Shown here piece by piece: positions 28,776 through 38,714 of a DNA stretch of 64,000 nt. Where the stretch lies: positions 352,001 through 416,000 of the forward strand of contig CAVQJC010000017.1 in the NCBI GenBank assembly GCA_963712745.1, given 5' to 3'. Positions within the stretch are counted from its first letter, which is position 1. Every line of letters begins with the position of its first letter. The translations under genes and the position numbers were made by a program. The stretch is from an uncultured Chloroflexia bacterium. GTDB lineage: Bacteria; Chloroflexota; Limnocylindria; Limnocylindrales; CSP1-4. Under the pieces are notes generated by a model, which worked only from the letters and a program-made list of their open reading frames with translations, did no database searches and had not been told where the DNA came from.

Positions 28776-29605
28776 TGACCTCCTGCAGCGGCGGGCTCTC
28801 CCGCCGTCCCCTGACTCAGCCTCAGCATGATGCAGCGTTCGAGCGCCGACCAGAGCCGGAGGTCATCAGGGCGAGCTTGGGTGGCAGGTGAGGATCCGTG
28901 CCTGAACCAGAGGAGGGTGGTCCCGTCGCGACCGTGCCGCGGGACTCAGGAGCGAGCAGACTTGGCTTGCCGCCCCCGCCCGCGACGCCCTCTCGGCGGC
29001 CGGATAGCCCACGCCATCGCGAGCACCTCTCCGGCGAAGTGGGGTCACAGCGGACCGAGGAGCCGGAAGTCGGCACGCTGGCACGGGGATAAGGCCAGCT
29101 CAAGCGGTCGGGGTGGCCGGAGTGCTAGTTCTCGAGCAGTCTCGTGCTCGCCGGCGTCGCTGGGTTCGGGCTCGCGCTCGTCGGGGTGCCCGCTGGCCGA
29201 GCCTGGCGCGCGATGCGGCAGGCCACCCTGACCGCTTCGACAACGGAAGCTTCCTTCCTCCCCGGATGATCGCTGCAGATGCGCGCGGCACCGACCGCAC
29301 GGCGCGACGTCTGGCCCCCGAGCGTATGGGCAGTGGACTACCATTCGCGCGAGGTGCTAGACCTGCCGAGGAATCGAGCGACAGTCCTCACGGGTGTGTC
29401 GCTGCAGCTCGTCGGGCATCGTCAGACTTCGAGGTGTTACCGTGCCTGCCGCACTCGAAGACGTTGGTCCACTGATGGGTGGACCGGGTCTTGGCCCATC
29501 GTTGATGCTCCATGTCAGCCGACCCGCCACGTCGGTCACGGAGTCACGCCCGGGGCCACTTGATCGAGCAACGCACCGGTCGGCCGAGCCGATCACCGGC
29601 GACTG

Positions 29606-32600
29606 ATGCAGCAACGGCATCCGGGGCCTGGTGGATCACCGATCGTCTCGGGGGTCGCGATGCATCTCGCGGCCGTGATCGTCCTCGTCGCGGTAGGCAT
29701 CTCACTGGCAGTCCTCGCTTCGACCAGACCGAGCTCGTCCGGCGCCGGCGCGCCCGATGAGGCGACGGCCATCGAGACCCTTCCCTATCGCGACGACGCG
29801 GTCGATGCCCCTGCTTTCGACGCAGTGGCCCAGGAGCTGACAGCGTCGTGTACTTCTCCGAGCCACGCATCCTGGTACGTCTTCACTCCCGTCGCCGACA
29901 CCCCGTTGACGGCCTGGGTCATCCCTGACCGAGACGGCTCCACTGTGCTTGATGTCGCTCTCGTGGTCTGGTCCCTGACGGCGGATGGCTCACTCGTCGA
30001 GGCAGGGTGTGTGGACGATCGTGGTGCCGGCGGGGCCGAGCAGCTCGTCCTCACCGCTGCCGGAGAGGGCACCTACTACGTGCAGGCTGCGGCTGTGGAT
30101 CACGAGGGGAGTGTGGGCACACTGACCCTGCTGGCTGATGTTCAGCGCCCGGAGCATGACCTGTTCGCTTTCGCGCGTCGCATGGAGACGACGCCGTATC
30201 GAGACGAAGGCGTGGATGCGATCGGTGCCCGCCGCGAACCCGGAGAGACGATTCCCAGCTGTGTCGACCTCGAGGCAACGACCTGGTATCGCATTTCGGC
30301 GCCACAGGATCTGGTCTTCTCGGCAACGGTCGATCCGGCGCCGGCGGCGGACAACGTCCTCGACGCAGCGATGGCGCTCTATGCCGGGGACACGGTCGAT
30401 GCCCTCCTGGAGGTCGCTTGCGCGGACAGTGCAGGCGTGCGAGGCAAAGAGCACCTGGAGGTGCCCATCCTGGGTGGTGAGGAGTACTGGCTCCAGATCG
30501 GCGCGATCGTGGGCGAAGATTCCGGGCCCGGCGTCTACACCCTGTCTGTCGACGGGCTCCAGGCCATCGAACTGCGGCCGGTGCCGGACACGTTCCTGGG
30601 GGCGGCGCCGCTCATGGTTGACGCCGAGGTGACCTCTGGATTGCCCGTCACGCTGGCGGTGGAGGGCCCTTGTCGGATCAGCGACGGTGCCCTCGTGGCC
30701 GAGGGAGCGGGCCTGTGCACGATCACGGCCTCCCAGGAAGGGGATTCGACCTGGGCTCCGGCCGTACCTGTGACTACGACCCTTCGCGTGAGTCGCGGCA
30801 GGCAGGCGATCGAGCTCGAGCCACTCGACCGAGCCGTCGTGGGTGTGCCGCTCTCCGTGCAGGCCACGGCCGATTCGGGCTTGCCGGTCGTCTTCGAGAC
30901 CAGTGGAAGCTGCCGGGTCGCGCAAGGCACCTTGCTCGCAGACGGCTCGGGCACTTGCACCATCACCGCTTCTCAGCCGGGTGATGCCGACTGGGCCCCG
31001 GCCGAGCCGGTCACCACCAGCGTGCTCGTCGGCCGTGGCCAGCAGGAGATCGAGCTCGACCTGCCACGGGCCACGAGGACTGGTGCGGTTCCCCTCGAGC
31101 TCGTGGCCACGACCAGCTCCGGCCTGCCGGTGGCCCTCGAGGCGGACGGCCCCTGCCGGCTCGGCGACGACGGCCTCGTCGCGACCGGGGCCGGGGCCTG
31201 CACCATCACCGCCACCCAGGATGGCGACGTCGACTGGGCCCCGGCCGAGCCGGTCACCACCACGCTGCGCATCGGCCGCGGGCGCCAGTCCATCGAGCTC
31301 GAGCCCATCGACGAGCCCACCTTCGGTGATCCACCCCTCGAGCTCATGGCCACGACCAGCTCCGGCCTGCCGGTGGCCCTCGAGGCGGACGGCCCCTGCC
31401 GGCTCGGCGACGACGGCCTCGTCGCGACCGGGGCCGGGGCCTGCACCATCACCGCCACCCAGGGCGGCGACGTCGACTGGGCTCCGGCCGAGCCGGTCAG
31501 CAGACGCCTGACCATCGCCCCCGCCGGCCAGGCCATCGAGTTGGTGCCCATCGACGACGTCGTCGTGGGTGGCTCGGCCGTACTGGCCGCCACCAGCGAC
31601 TCGGGCCTGCCGGTGGCCCTCGAAGCAAGCGGACCGTGCCTCCTCGATGGCTCCTTGCTGCGTGCCCTCGGCACCGGTGCCTGCACCATCACCGCTTCTC
31701 AGGGCGGTGATGCCGACTGGGCCCCGGCCGAGCCGGTCACCACCACGCTGCGCATCGGCCGCGGGCGCCAGTCCATCGAGCTCGAGCCCATCGACGAGCC
31801 CACCTTCGGTGATCCACCCCTCGAGCTCAGCGCCACGACCAGCTCCGGCCTGCCGGTGGCCCTCGAGGCGGACGGCCCCTGCCGGCTCGGCGACGACGGC
31901 CTCGTCGCGACCGGGGCCGGGGCCTGCACCATCACCGCCACCCAGGATGGCGACGTCGACTGGGCCCCGGCCGAGCCGGTCACCACCACGCTGCGCATCG
32001 GCCGCGGGCGCCAGTCCATCGAGCTCGAGCCCATCGACGAGCCCACCTTCGGTGATCCACCCCTCGAGCTCATGGCCACGACCAGCTCCGGCCTGCCGGT
32101 GGCCCTCGAGGCGGACGGCCCCTGCCGGCTCGGCGACGACGGCCTCGTCGCGACCGGGGCCGGGGCCTGCACCATCACCGCCACCCAGGGCGGCGACGTC
32201 GACTGGGCTCCGGCCGAGCCGGTCAGCAGACGCCTGACCATCGCCCCCGCCGGCCAGGCCATCGAGTTGGTGCCCATCGACGACGTCGTCGTGGGTGGCT
32301 CGGCCGTACTGGCCGCCACCAGCGACTCGGGCCTGCCGGTGGCCCTCGAAGCAAGCGGACCGTGCCTCCTCGATGGCTCCTTGCTGCGTGCCCTCGGCAC
32401 CGGTGCCTGCACCATCACCGCTTCTCAGGGCGGTGATGCCGACTGGGCCCCGGCCGAGCCGGTCACCACCACGCTGCGCATCGGCCGCGGGCGCCAGTCC
32501 ATCGAGCTCGAGCCCATCGACGAGCCCACCTTCGGTGATCCACCCCTCGAGCTGAACGCCACCAGCGACTCCGGCCTGCCGGTGGCCCTCGAGGCGGACG

Positions 32601-33787
32601 GCCCCTGCCGGCTCGGCGACGACGGCCTCGTCGCGACCGGGGCCGGGGCCTGCACCATCACCGCCACCCAGGATGGCGACGTCGACTGGGCCCCGGCCGA
32701 GCCGGTCACCACCACGCTGCGTATCGGCCGCGGGCGCCAGTCCATCGAGCTCGAACCCATCGACGAGCGCCTGCTTGGCGATGGTCCCGTCGAGCTGCAA
32801 GCCGCCTCCAGCTCAGGTCTCCCCATCACCTACTCGGCTGAGGGCCCATGTGATGTCAAGGACGGCATCCTGAAGCTGCGTGATGCGGGCCGCTGCACGG
32901 TGACCGCTTCACAGCCGGGCGGCGGGGACTGGGAGCCAGCCGACGCTTCGACCTCGTTCCGGATCGTCGGCCCTATCACGGATCGGAGACAAGACATGAC
33001 CGGCAACGTCGCGATGTCGCCGCCGGGCACGCTACTGGGCGACGGCGCGCAGATCACAGCGGGATTCGAACCCGACGGTCCGCAGACCCACTACTTCGCC
33101 ATCGCGCTCGATGAGTCAGAGGTCCTCGAGATCGCTGTCTCCCAACCGGGCACGGCCTGGAGCATCGCCGAGCCGACGGCGCTGACCACGGGAGAGACCA
33201 CATGGCAGGACATCGAGATCGATCCCGAAACCTCGGTCGCTCGCTGGGTGGCCAACGAGAGCGGCATTCACTCCATCCGGGTTACCGGTGACGGGCCTGG
33301 TCCCGACGACGGCTCGACATACACGATGCAGGTCCGAGTCGACCCGGACAGCCGCGACGAAGCAGAGAGCGCTCTGCTCGACAGCGTGCGGTCGTTCAAG
33401 TGCAAGCTCCTCACGAATCGTGACCGCGAGGCCTTCGTTGCCGGCGCGCTCGCTGGCGTGCGCTGTCTCCGCCCGAGGCCGGACGTGTACGAGCTGCAGC
33501 TGTACACGTTTCCGGACGGGCAACGGCTCCGCGCGCTCCACCGGGCACGCGTGGATGAAGTTAGCCCGGAGCTCGTCGCGACCGCGGATGCCTGCCGGCT
33601 TGGTCAGCGGGGTGTGACCACATGGGCACACGGCCGGGTCGCCTGTTGGACGCCAGATGGACAGATGCGGGCGGTCCTGCACTGGACCGACTTGCGCACG
33701 AACACGTATGGCATCCTCCGCACCGACGTCGAGGCCAACCGCCGACGATTCGCCCGCTGGCGCGCCCTACGCGAAACGATCGCCTGA
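29606..33787 (+). CDS. Large exported repetitive surface protein: 2 PPC-like beta domains, 10 Cys-pair Ig-like repeats, C-terminal Cys-rich domain
   Basis: N-terminal hydrophobic leader; ten units of about 80 aa, Q.I...SGLPV...GPC...GxCTITAxQxGDxxWxPAxPV. Confidence 0.8.
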   Translation: MQQRHPGPGGSPIVSGVAMHLAAVIVLVAVGISLAVLASTRPSSSGAGAPDEATAIETLPYRDDAVDAPAFDAVAQELTASCTSPSHASWYVFTPVADTPLTAWVIPDRDGSTVLDVALVVWSLTADGSLVEAGCVDDRGAGGAEQLVLTAAGEGTYYVQAAAVDHEGSVGTLTLLADVQRPEHDLFAFARRMETTPYRDEGVDAIGARREPGETIPSCVDLEATTWYRISAPQDLVFSATVDPAPAADNVLDAAMALYAGDTVDALLEVACADSAGVRGKEHLEVPILGGEEYWLQIGAIVGEDSGPGVYTLSVDGLQAIELRPVPDTFLGAAPLMVDAEVTSGLPVTLAVEGPCRISDGALVAEGAGLCTITASQEGDSTWAPAVPVTTTLRVSRGRQAIELEPLDRAVVGVPLSVQATADSGLPVVFETSGSCRVAQGTLLADGSGTCTITASQPGDADWAPAEPVTTSVLVGRGQQEIELDLPRATRTGAVPLELVATTSSGLPVALEADGPCRLGDDGLVATGAGACTITATQDGDVDWAPAEPVTTTLRIGRGRQSIELEPIDEPTFGDPPLELMATTSSGLPVALEADGPCRLGDDGLVATGAGACTITATQGGDVDWAPAEPVSRRLTIAPAGQAIELVPIDDVVVGGSAVLAATSDSGLPVALEASGPCLLDGSLLRALGTGACTITASQGGDADWAPAEPVTTTLRIGRGRQSIELEPIDEPTFGDPPLELSATTSSGLPVALEADGPCRLGDDGLVATGAGACTITATQDGDVDWAPAEPVTTTLRIGRGRQSIELEPIDEPTFGDPPLELMATTSSGLPVALEADGPCRLGDDGLVATGAGACTITATQGGDVDWAPAEPVSRRLTIAPAGQAIELVPIDDVVVGGSAVLAATSDSGLPVALEASGPCLLDGSLLRALGTGACTITASQGGDADWAPAEPVTTTLRIGRGRQSIELEPIDEPTFGDPPLELNATSDSGLPVALEADGPCRLGDDGLVATGAGACTITATQDGDVDWAPAEPVTTTLRIGRGRQSIELEPIDERLLGDGPVELQAASSSGLPITYSAEGPCDVKDGILKLRDAGRCTVTASQPGGGDWEPADASTSFRIVGPITDRRQDMTGNVAMSPPGTLLGDGAQITAGFEPDGPQTHYFAIALDESEVLEIAVSQPGTAWSIAEPTALTTGETTWQDIEIDPETSVARWVANESGIHSIRVTGDGPGPDDGSTYTMQVRVDPDSRDEAESALLDSVRSFKCKLLTNRDREAFVAGALAGVRCLRPRPDVYELQLYTFPDGQRLRALHRARVDEVSPELVATADACRLGQRGVTTWAHGRVACWTPDGQMRAVLHWTDLRTNTYGILRTDVEANRRRFARWRALRETIA
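31091..32768 (+). repeat. Near-identical 726-bp tandem duplication (about 2.3 copies) built from 243/243/240-bp subunits
   Basis: cccctcgagct recurs at 31091, 31817 and 32543. Shadow ORFs repeat with a 726-bp offset. Confidence 0.9.
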
Positions 33788-34111
33788 CCCCCGGGTCTCC
33801 AACGCGAAGGATGACGCCGAGGACCTGAGAAGCGGTACGCTCATCGATGAGCCGGCCTCCTATGCAGCCATCTGGGTCCTCCTCGTGCGCCGCCAACCAC
33901 CCGCCGGTGACCGATCGTTGATGGATCCAGGAGCGGGCCCGTCAGGTCCGCGAATCGTGTAAGACCACCGAGAAGGGCGACGCCGCGTATCCCATCCCCG
34001 TGCCATGCTTGGAGCACCGTCAGTAGCCCGGATGCGGGCCGACCGCCAGCACGATCGAAAGGAGGATGGGGAAACGTGTCCGCACCGCGGAACGCGCGCT
34101 TCTGACCACAG

Positions 34112-34456
34112 ATGGCCAAAGCCAAGTACCTGGGACCCGCCGACCGTCTCGGGCTGTACGAGCGACTCGTGGCCTCGGTGGCTGGTGTCGAGCGCAAAGG
34201 GGCCGCCAACCCCTACACGTCGCGAAACGGGCACATGACGAGCTTCATCGACAAGGAGGGCGAAGTCTCCATCCGACTCGATCAGGCCGATCGGGAGAAG
34301 TTCATCGAGCGGTACGGCTCCCACATCGCGATGCAGTACGGCAGACAGATGAGGGACTTCGTGGTCGTACCCCCCAGTCTGTTGGAGCGCCAGGATGAGC
34401 TCCGGCCCTGGTTCGTCCTCAGCTGGGAGTGGGTCGGGACCCTTGGACCGAAGTAG
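34112..34456 (+). CDS. TfoX/MmcQ-like small protein
   Basis: YTSRNGHMTSF...QYGRQMRDFVVVP..L.....L.PW pattern. Confidence 0.6.
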   Translation: MAKAKYLGPADRLGLYERLVASVAGVERKGAANPYTSRNGHMTSFIDKEGEVSIRLDQADREKFIERYGSHIAMQYGRQMRDFVVVPPSLLERQDELRPWFVLSWEWVGTLGPK

Positions 34457-34473
34457 GACCCTACACGCCGCGA

Positions 34474-35637
34474 CTACAGCTCCGGGGTAGAACCGCAGGC
34501 GGCGACGGGCCGACCGAAGCGCTTGAACAGGGCCGTGGGTCGTCCGTCGGCCCTCGGTTCCGCCCACTTTGCGAGCGTCTTGAGATCATCGTCCTGACCG
34601 AGCACGGCGATGTACAGGGTCGGGTATCCGATCTGTGCCCCACCCGCCTTCAGGTCGCGGCAGCCATCCCACGGTGGCACGACGTAGCGGAGGTTGGCGC
34701 GGCCATCCTCGTTGACGTAGCAGCCAGACAGCTGGATAGCTCCCGTGAAGTACACGACTCCGGGCCTGCCCCTCGCACAGCTCGCACCTCCGCGGGGCTT
34801 CGCGCCGTAGGTGACCATGCGCTCCTCCAAGACAGCCGTGGCATCCGGTCCGTCCATCAGGTAGTAGGCCATGTCCCGGACCTTCCCGGTCTCAGGCTTG
34901 CACTGCAGGGCGGCGACCGTGCCGCTGGGGTTCTGCTCGCGGCGTGGCTCGCAGGTCTGCCGGATGCCCGACGGGATAGCCGTGCGCAGGACCTTCTCGG
35001 CCGCGGTGAAGGCCGGGTTCTTCGTCTTGCTGGCCGCGGCTGCCGACGCCTTCAGGCTGTCGACCTGAGCTTCAAGTGCCTTGATGCGGGCGGGCAGCGT
35101 CCCGATACGCACGCTGTCGAGGCGCTTCTCGATGCGGTCGAGGTCCGCCCGCTGAGCCTCGAGGAGGGCGACCAGCCCAGCGATGTCGCTGCTCGTGAGC
35201 CCTGCGACCGGCTGTGCGAACTCCAGGATGACCGTGCCGGTCGCATCGGAGAGCCGCAGCATGTCGTCAGCGATGGCCCAGCTGGACACTTGGGGGAGAG
35301 CGGCCCCGTAGCCGGCTTCCACGGCTGCGGCGTCGCCGACGCACGCCGCCTGGGTCATGGTCAGGGTATCCCCGATGCCCAAGGCCTCACCCTCGATCTC
35401 GTAGCTGCCGCTGAACCGGTTGCAGCCTCCTGAGCCGCTGGCCACGCCGTCTTCGAGCAGGAGGGTGGCATCGATGTTCCAGGGGACGGAGGTCAACAGA
35501 CCATCGTCGTCGTAGGCGGTCAGGTCCCAGCGCTCGCCTTCCGGTCCGGCCAGTCCTGGTAGGGCCGCAGCAGCGGTCGGGATGGTGATGGCGAGTAACG
35601 CCGCAAGTAGCATTCGCGGCCAACGTTCTCCGATCAT
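34474..35637 (-). CDS. Secreted META-domain protein with coiled coil and C-terminal Cys-rich domain
   Basis: Signal peptide; SGSGGCNRFSGSY...TMTQAAC META motif; AAGGAGG SD. Confidence 0.85.
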   Translation of the reverse strand: MIGERWPRMLLAALLAITIPTAAAALPGLAGPEGERWDLTAYDDDGLLTSVPWNIDATLLLEDGVASGSGGCNRFSGSYEIEGEALGIGDTLTMTQAACVGDAAAVEAGYGAALPQVSSWAIADDMLRLSDATGTVILEFAQPVAGLTSSDIAGLVALLEAQRADLDRIEKRLDSVRIGTLPARIKALEAQVDSLKASAAAASKTKNPAFTAAEKVLRTAIPSGIRQTCEPRREQNPSGTVAALQCKPETGKVRDMAYYLMDGPDATAVLEERMVTYGAKPRGGASCARGRPGVVYFTGAIQLSGCYVNEDGRANLRYVVPPWDGCRDLKAGGAQIGYPTLYIAVLGQDDDLKTLAKWAEPRADGRPTALFKRFGRPVAACGSTPEL

Positions 35638-35881
35638 GGGACACCCTCCTTCGACTTCAGGCTGTCTTCTGGCGCACGAGGCCGTGCTCGCCATCATCTC
35701 CACTCGAACGCGGGCCAGCGTGTCTGATGCCCCACGCCCGCAGGGTTGCATCATCGGTACTCCTCGTGACCTCTGAGGTGCCGCCCATTCTCGGCGTCAG
35801 GCTCAAGGGGTCAAGGGCGGGACGCGCCCGCGACGAGCCTGCCTGCGAGGACCCGATCGGACTGGGTCTTGACACCTGGCC

Positions 35882-35907
35882 TATACTGAATGATGAATCA
35901 CCATTCA
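35882..35907 (+). promoter_or_regulatory. -10 box (TATACT) overlapping a probable TetR operator TGAATG-N9-CATTCA
   Basis: Inverted repeat 35887-35892/35902-35907, about 40 bp upstream of tetR. Confidence 0.6.
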
Positions 35908-35947
35908 CTTATGAGGGACACGATGGAAGACCGGGGGGTGGCCTGAG

Positions 35948-36604
35948 ATGCCGCGGATCAGCAAGGATCGGGAGGAGGAGGTCCGTCGCCGGATCCTCGA
36001 GGCTGGCATCACCGTGTTCGAACAGCGGGGCTTTGCCCGGGCGAGCATGACGGCGATCGCGGCCGAGGCGGGGATGTCCGCCGGGGCGACGTACACATAT
36101 TTCAGCAGCAAGGAGGAGCTGTTCCTCGCCGCTTTCGGAGCGCTCGTCGAGGAGGAGGAGCAGGTGCTGCAGGAGGCCATCGCCCAGAGCCCGGTGACCG
36201 CGTATGCCGTCGATCTGGCCGTCGACTACATGGCCCAGGTAGCGGCCGGTGGCCACGACTTCCGTGGGGCAGGGGCCAACTTCCTGCTTCACGCCTGGAC
36301 GAGCGCCGACGAGAATGCAGCACTACGAGAGATGCTCCTCCGCCGCAGGCGACAGGCCAGCGCCTTGGCGCGCTCGGTCATCGATGGTGCCATCTCCCGT
36401 GGTGAGCTCCCGGCAGACCTCGACCCCGACGGGCTCGCCCTCGGACTGGTCTCGATGTTTGACGGGCTCTTCCTCCAGCGCGCGGAGCGCGGCCAGTCCT
36501 TCTCGGTCGAAGATGCCCGTCGGCAGGCCCGCGCGGTCATCGAAGCGATGCTCCGCTCACCCCAGACAGCCGACGGTTCGGAGAACGCAGGTGGCCAGCC
36601 ATGA
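35948..36604 (+). CDS. TetR/AcrR family regulator
   Basis: RRRILEAG..F...GF..ASMTAIAAEAGMSAGATYTYFSSKEELF. Confidence 0.93.
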   Translation: MPRISKDREEEVRRRILEAGITVFEQRGFARASMTAIAAEAGMSAGATYTYFSSKEELFLAAFGALVEEEEQVLQEAIAQSPVTAYAVDLAVDYMAQVAAGGHDFRGAGANFLLHAWTSADENAALREMLLRRRRQASALARSVIDGAISRGELPADLDPDGLALGLVSMFDGLFLQRAERGQSFSVEDARRQARAVIEAMLRSPQTADGSENAGGQP

Positions 36605-37059
36605 CCACCCAGCCCATCTCGGTAGCGGCCCGGACCACCACGCCCGGCGCCACCATCATCTCCGTCTCCCTGGTGGTCGCCTACGCCATCCTGCTGGCGA
36701 CCATGCTCGAACGTGGGCACGCCGCCGGAGGCGAGATCTGGGGGCTCATCGCCACGGTCGTGGGTCTGGCCGCCAGCATCCTCACGCTTGTCGTGCTCCA
36801 CTCGAGTCGCCGAGCCGTTCGTGTGGCGGTCGTGGTTCTCTGGATGTTCGTGCTGTCGCTGGGCGTGACGGGCACGCTCGACCACGCCGCCCCCGTGCTC
36901 GTCGAGTACCTCGATCAGCGGCCACGACCGCCCCTCGTACCGCTCGTCTATGCGGTCTTCGGCATGGTCGGTATCTGGGTCGTCGTGGCGAACCGACGGA
37001 GCCAGCGACGGGCGGGGCGACTCCCGCGAGAGCAAGAGCACGAGCAGGAGCACGAGTGA
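36601..37059 (+). CDS. Four-TM membrane protein
   Basis: Hydrophobic helices; ATGA coupling to tetR. Confidence 0.65.
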   Translation: MTTQPISVAARTTTPGATIISVSLVVAYAILLATMLERGHAAGGEIWGLIATVVGLAASILTLVVLHSSRRAVRVAVVVLWMFVLSLGVTGTLDHAAPVLVEYLDQRPRPPLVPLVYAVFGMVGIWVVVANRRSQRRAGRLPREQEHEQEHE

Positions 37060-37892
37060 TGAGGGCCACTGTCCACACCCGCGCGGAACTCCGCGCCTTC
37101 GCGCTCCTCGTGGGCCTGTGCTCCCTTCCGTTCTGGATCGCTGGCGCCGTGTCGGGCGCGACGGTCACGAGCACGCTGTCCATCGCGTCCCTCATGGTGG
37201 TGGCCCCGTTCATCGCGGGCGTCGCACTCACCTGGCGTTGGGTAGGCGCTCGCGGCGTCCGCTCACTGCTGCTGCGGGCCATCGACCCGCGCCTGCCTCG
37301 CGGTGCCGGCTGGTACCTGCCCGTGCTCCTGCTCATGCCCGCAGCACTCGTGCTGGAGGTCGCGGCGATCCGCTTCAGCGGGCGTATGGTGCCGGCTTTC
37401 GAGGTCGTGCCGGCCGCGGTCCTTGCAGATCTTGCGGTCTTCTGGGTGGCGGCGACCCTGGAGGAAGTGGGGTGGACCGGCTTCGCGACCGACCGCCTCC
37501 AGGCAGGCAGGAGCGCCCTGGCTTCCGCCGTCGTCCTTGGTGTCGGCTGGGCCCTGTGGCACGTGCCCGCGATGCTGGACATGCCGGCCGGGCACTCGTG
37601 GTCCTGGATCATGCTCCAGTGCGCCAACCTTGTCGCGATGCGCGTTCTCATCGTCTGGGTCTACAACGCGTCGGGACGCAGCCTGTTCGCGGCCATCGCC
37701 TTCCACGCCGTGTACAACGTCTGCACCATCACCCTGTTCCCGGTGTACGGCTCACACTATGACCCCCTCGTGGCCGGCATCGTGCTCGCGGCCATCGCGA
37801 TCGCCGTCATCCGGGTCTGGACCCCGGCCACACTCTCGACCTTGCGTGGGCGAACAGCCTCGCCCGCGGCCGCGTCGGGCGTCGGAAGTTAG
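37059..37892 (+). CDS. CPBP/CAAX (Abi) intramembrane metalloprotease
   Basis: EEVGWTG, WALWH and FHAVYN motifs. Confidence 0.9.
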   Translation: MRATVHTRAELRAFALLVGLCSLPFWIAGAVSGATVTSTLSIASLMVVAPFIAGVALTWRWVGARGVRSLLLRAIDPRLPRGAGWYLPVLLLMPAALVLEVAAIRFSGRMVPAFEVVPAAVLADLAVFWVAATLEEVGWTGFATDRLQAGRSALASAVVLGVGWALWHVPAMLDMPAGHSWSWIMLQCANLVAMRVLIVWVYNASGRSLFAAIAFHAVYNVCTITLFPVYGSHYDPLVAGIVLAAIAIAVIRVWTPATLSTLRGRTASPAAASGVGS

Positions 37893-37953
37893 CCAAGAGG
37901 CACAAGAGCGGGGCCTGGGCCCTGGTCCGGTGCCCGGCTCGCCGGGCCCCGCA

Positions 37954-38433
37954 TCAGCCAGGGTCCTTGGCCAGACCCTCCACGACCTCTCCGCCCAGTG
38001 CGGTCAAGATGCCTGGCGGACCCAGCACCTTTCGGTCCCGACTGCCACCGCCGAGGATGATTCGCGGCCGCTCCATGACCCGCGCGTCCACCCACAGCGG
38101 CAGCTCCGGCGGCAGGCCGATCGGGGTCACGCCGCCGATGGCCATGCCCGTGAGCTGCTGGGTCTCCTCGGCGCCGGCGAACGACGCCTTGCGCGCCTCG
38201 AGTCGCTTCCTGACCGTCTTGTTGACATCCAGCCTGGTCGTGGCCAGCACGACGCAGGCCGCGTACACCGGCGGGTCAGCCTTCCCCACCACCAGGATCG
38301 TGTTGGCCGAGTCCTCGAGCTCGAAACCATAGGCCGCGCAGAACTCAGCCGTGTCGGCCAGGGCTGGGTCGCACGCGAAGAGCTCGTATTCGACAGCCAG
38401 CGACTCCAGCCGCTCCACGAGTTGGTCGCTCAC
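37954..38433 (-). CDS. YbaK/EbsC aminoacyl-tRNA deacylase family
   Basis: TGMAIGGVTPIG and GGGSRDRK; GTG start after GGAGGAG. Confidence 0.88.
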   Translation of the reverse strand: MSDQLVERLESLAVEYELFACDPALADTAEFCAAYGFELEDSANTILVVGKADPPVYAACVVLATTRLDVNKTVRKRLEARKASFAGAEETQQLTGMAIGGVTPIGLPPELPLWVDARVMERPRIILGGGSRDRKVLGPPGILTALGGEVVEGLAKDPG

Positions 38434-38627
38434 AGCCCTGCTTGCTCCTCCGTCTTCGCCAGGTGCCGATGGTACGGCCTCTCGCGAGGTCTGCTCGCCT
38501 GGTGAGCGATGACGACGCAGGCGAGCCTCGGGCGTGATGGCCATGGTCGCATGATGTGATGTTCCACTGACCCTGGGAACTACAGCCTCGACGATCCTGC
38601 CATGAGCCTGGACGTTCCTGACCTGTT

Positions 38628-38664
38628 GTGATAGCGTTACCACCGAGCGTGATAACGATACCAC
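38628..38664. promoter_or_regulatory. Two tandem LacI-type operators
   Basis: GTGATAGCGTTACCAC (38628-38643) and GTGATAACGATACCAC (38649-38664) are CG-centred pseudo-palindromes with a 21-bp period, upstream of an operon encoding a LacI protein. Confidence 0.75.
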
Positions 38665-38714
38665 CCAACAGCGCTCCGACGTACCGCCGCAAGCTCGACC
38701 AGAGAGGACGACCG

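Noticed and set aside
28776-28910. Fluoride riboswitch-like ctgatgacctcc upstream of 28344-28775
   Set aside because: The 5' GGnGATGG pseudoknot partner is missing, and the downstream gene is not a fluoride-related family.
28800-29600. Several short ORFs in the low-coding gap
   Set aside because: No motifs, atypical codon usage and mutually overlapping; not supportable.
29990-32800. 936-aa minus-strand ORF
   Set aside because: Antisense shadow of the repetitive surface protein, typical of high-GC DNA.
35869-35887. Perfect TTGACA/TATACT sigma-70 promoter
   Set aside because: The spacing is only 7 bp, so the two hexamers cannot form one promoter.
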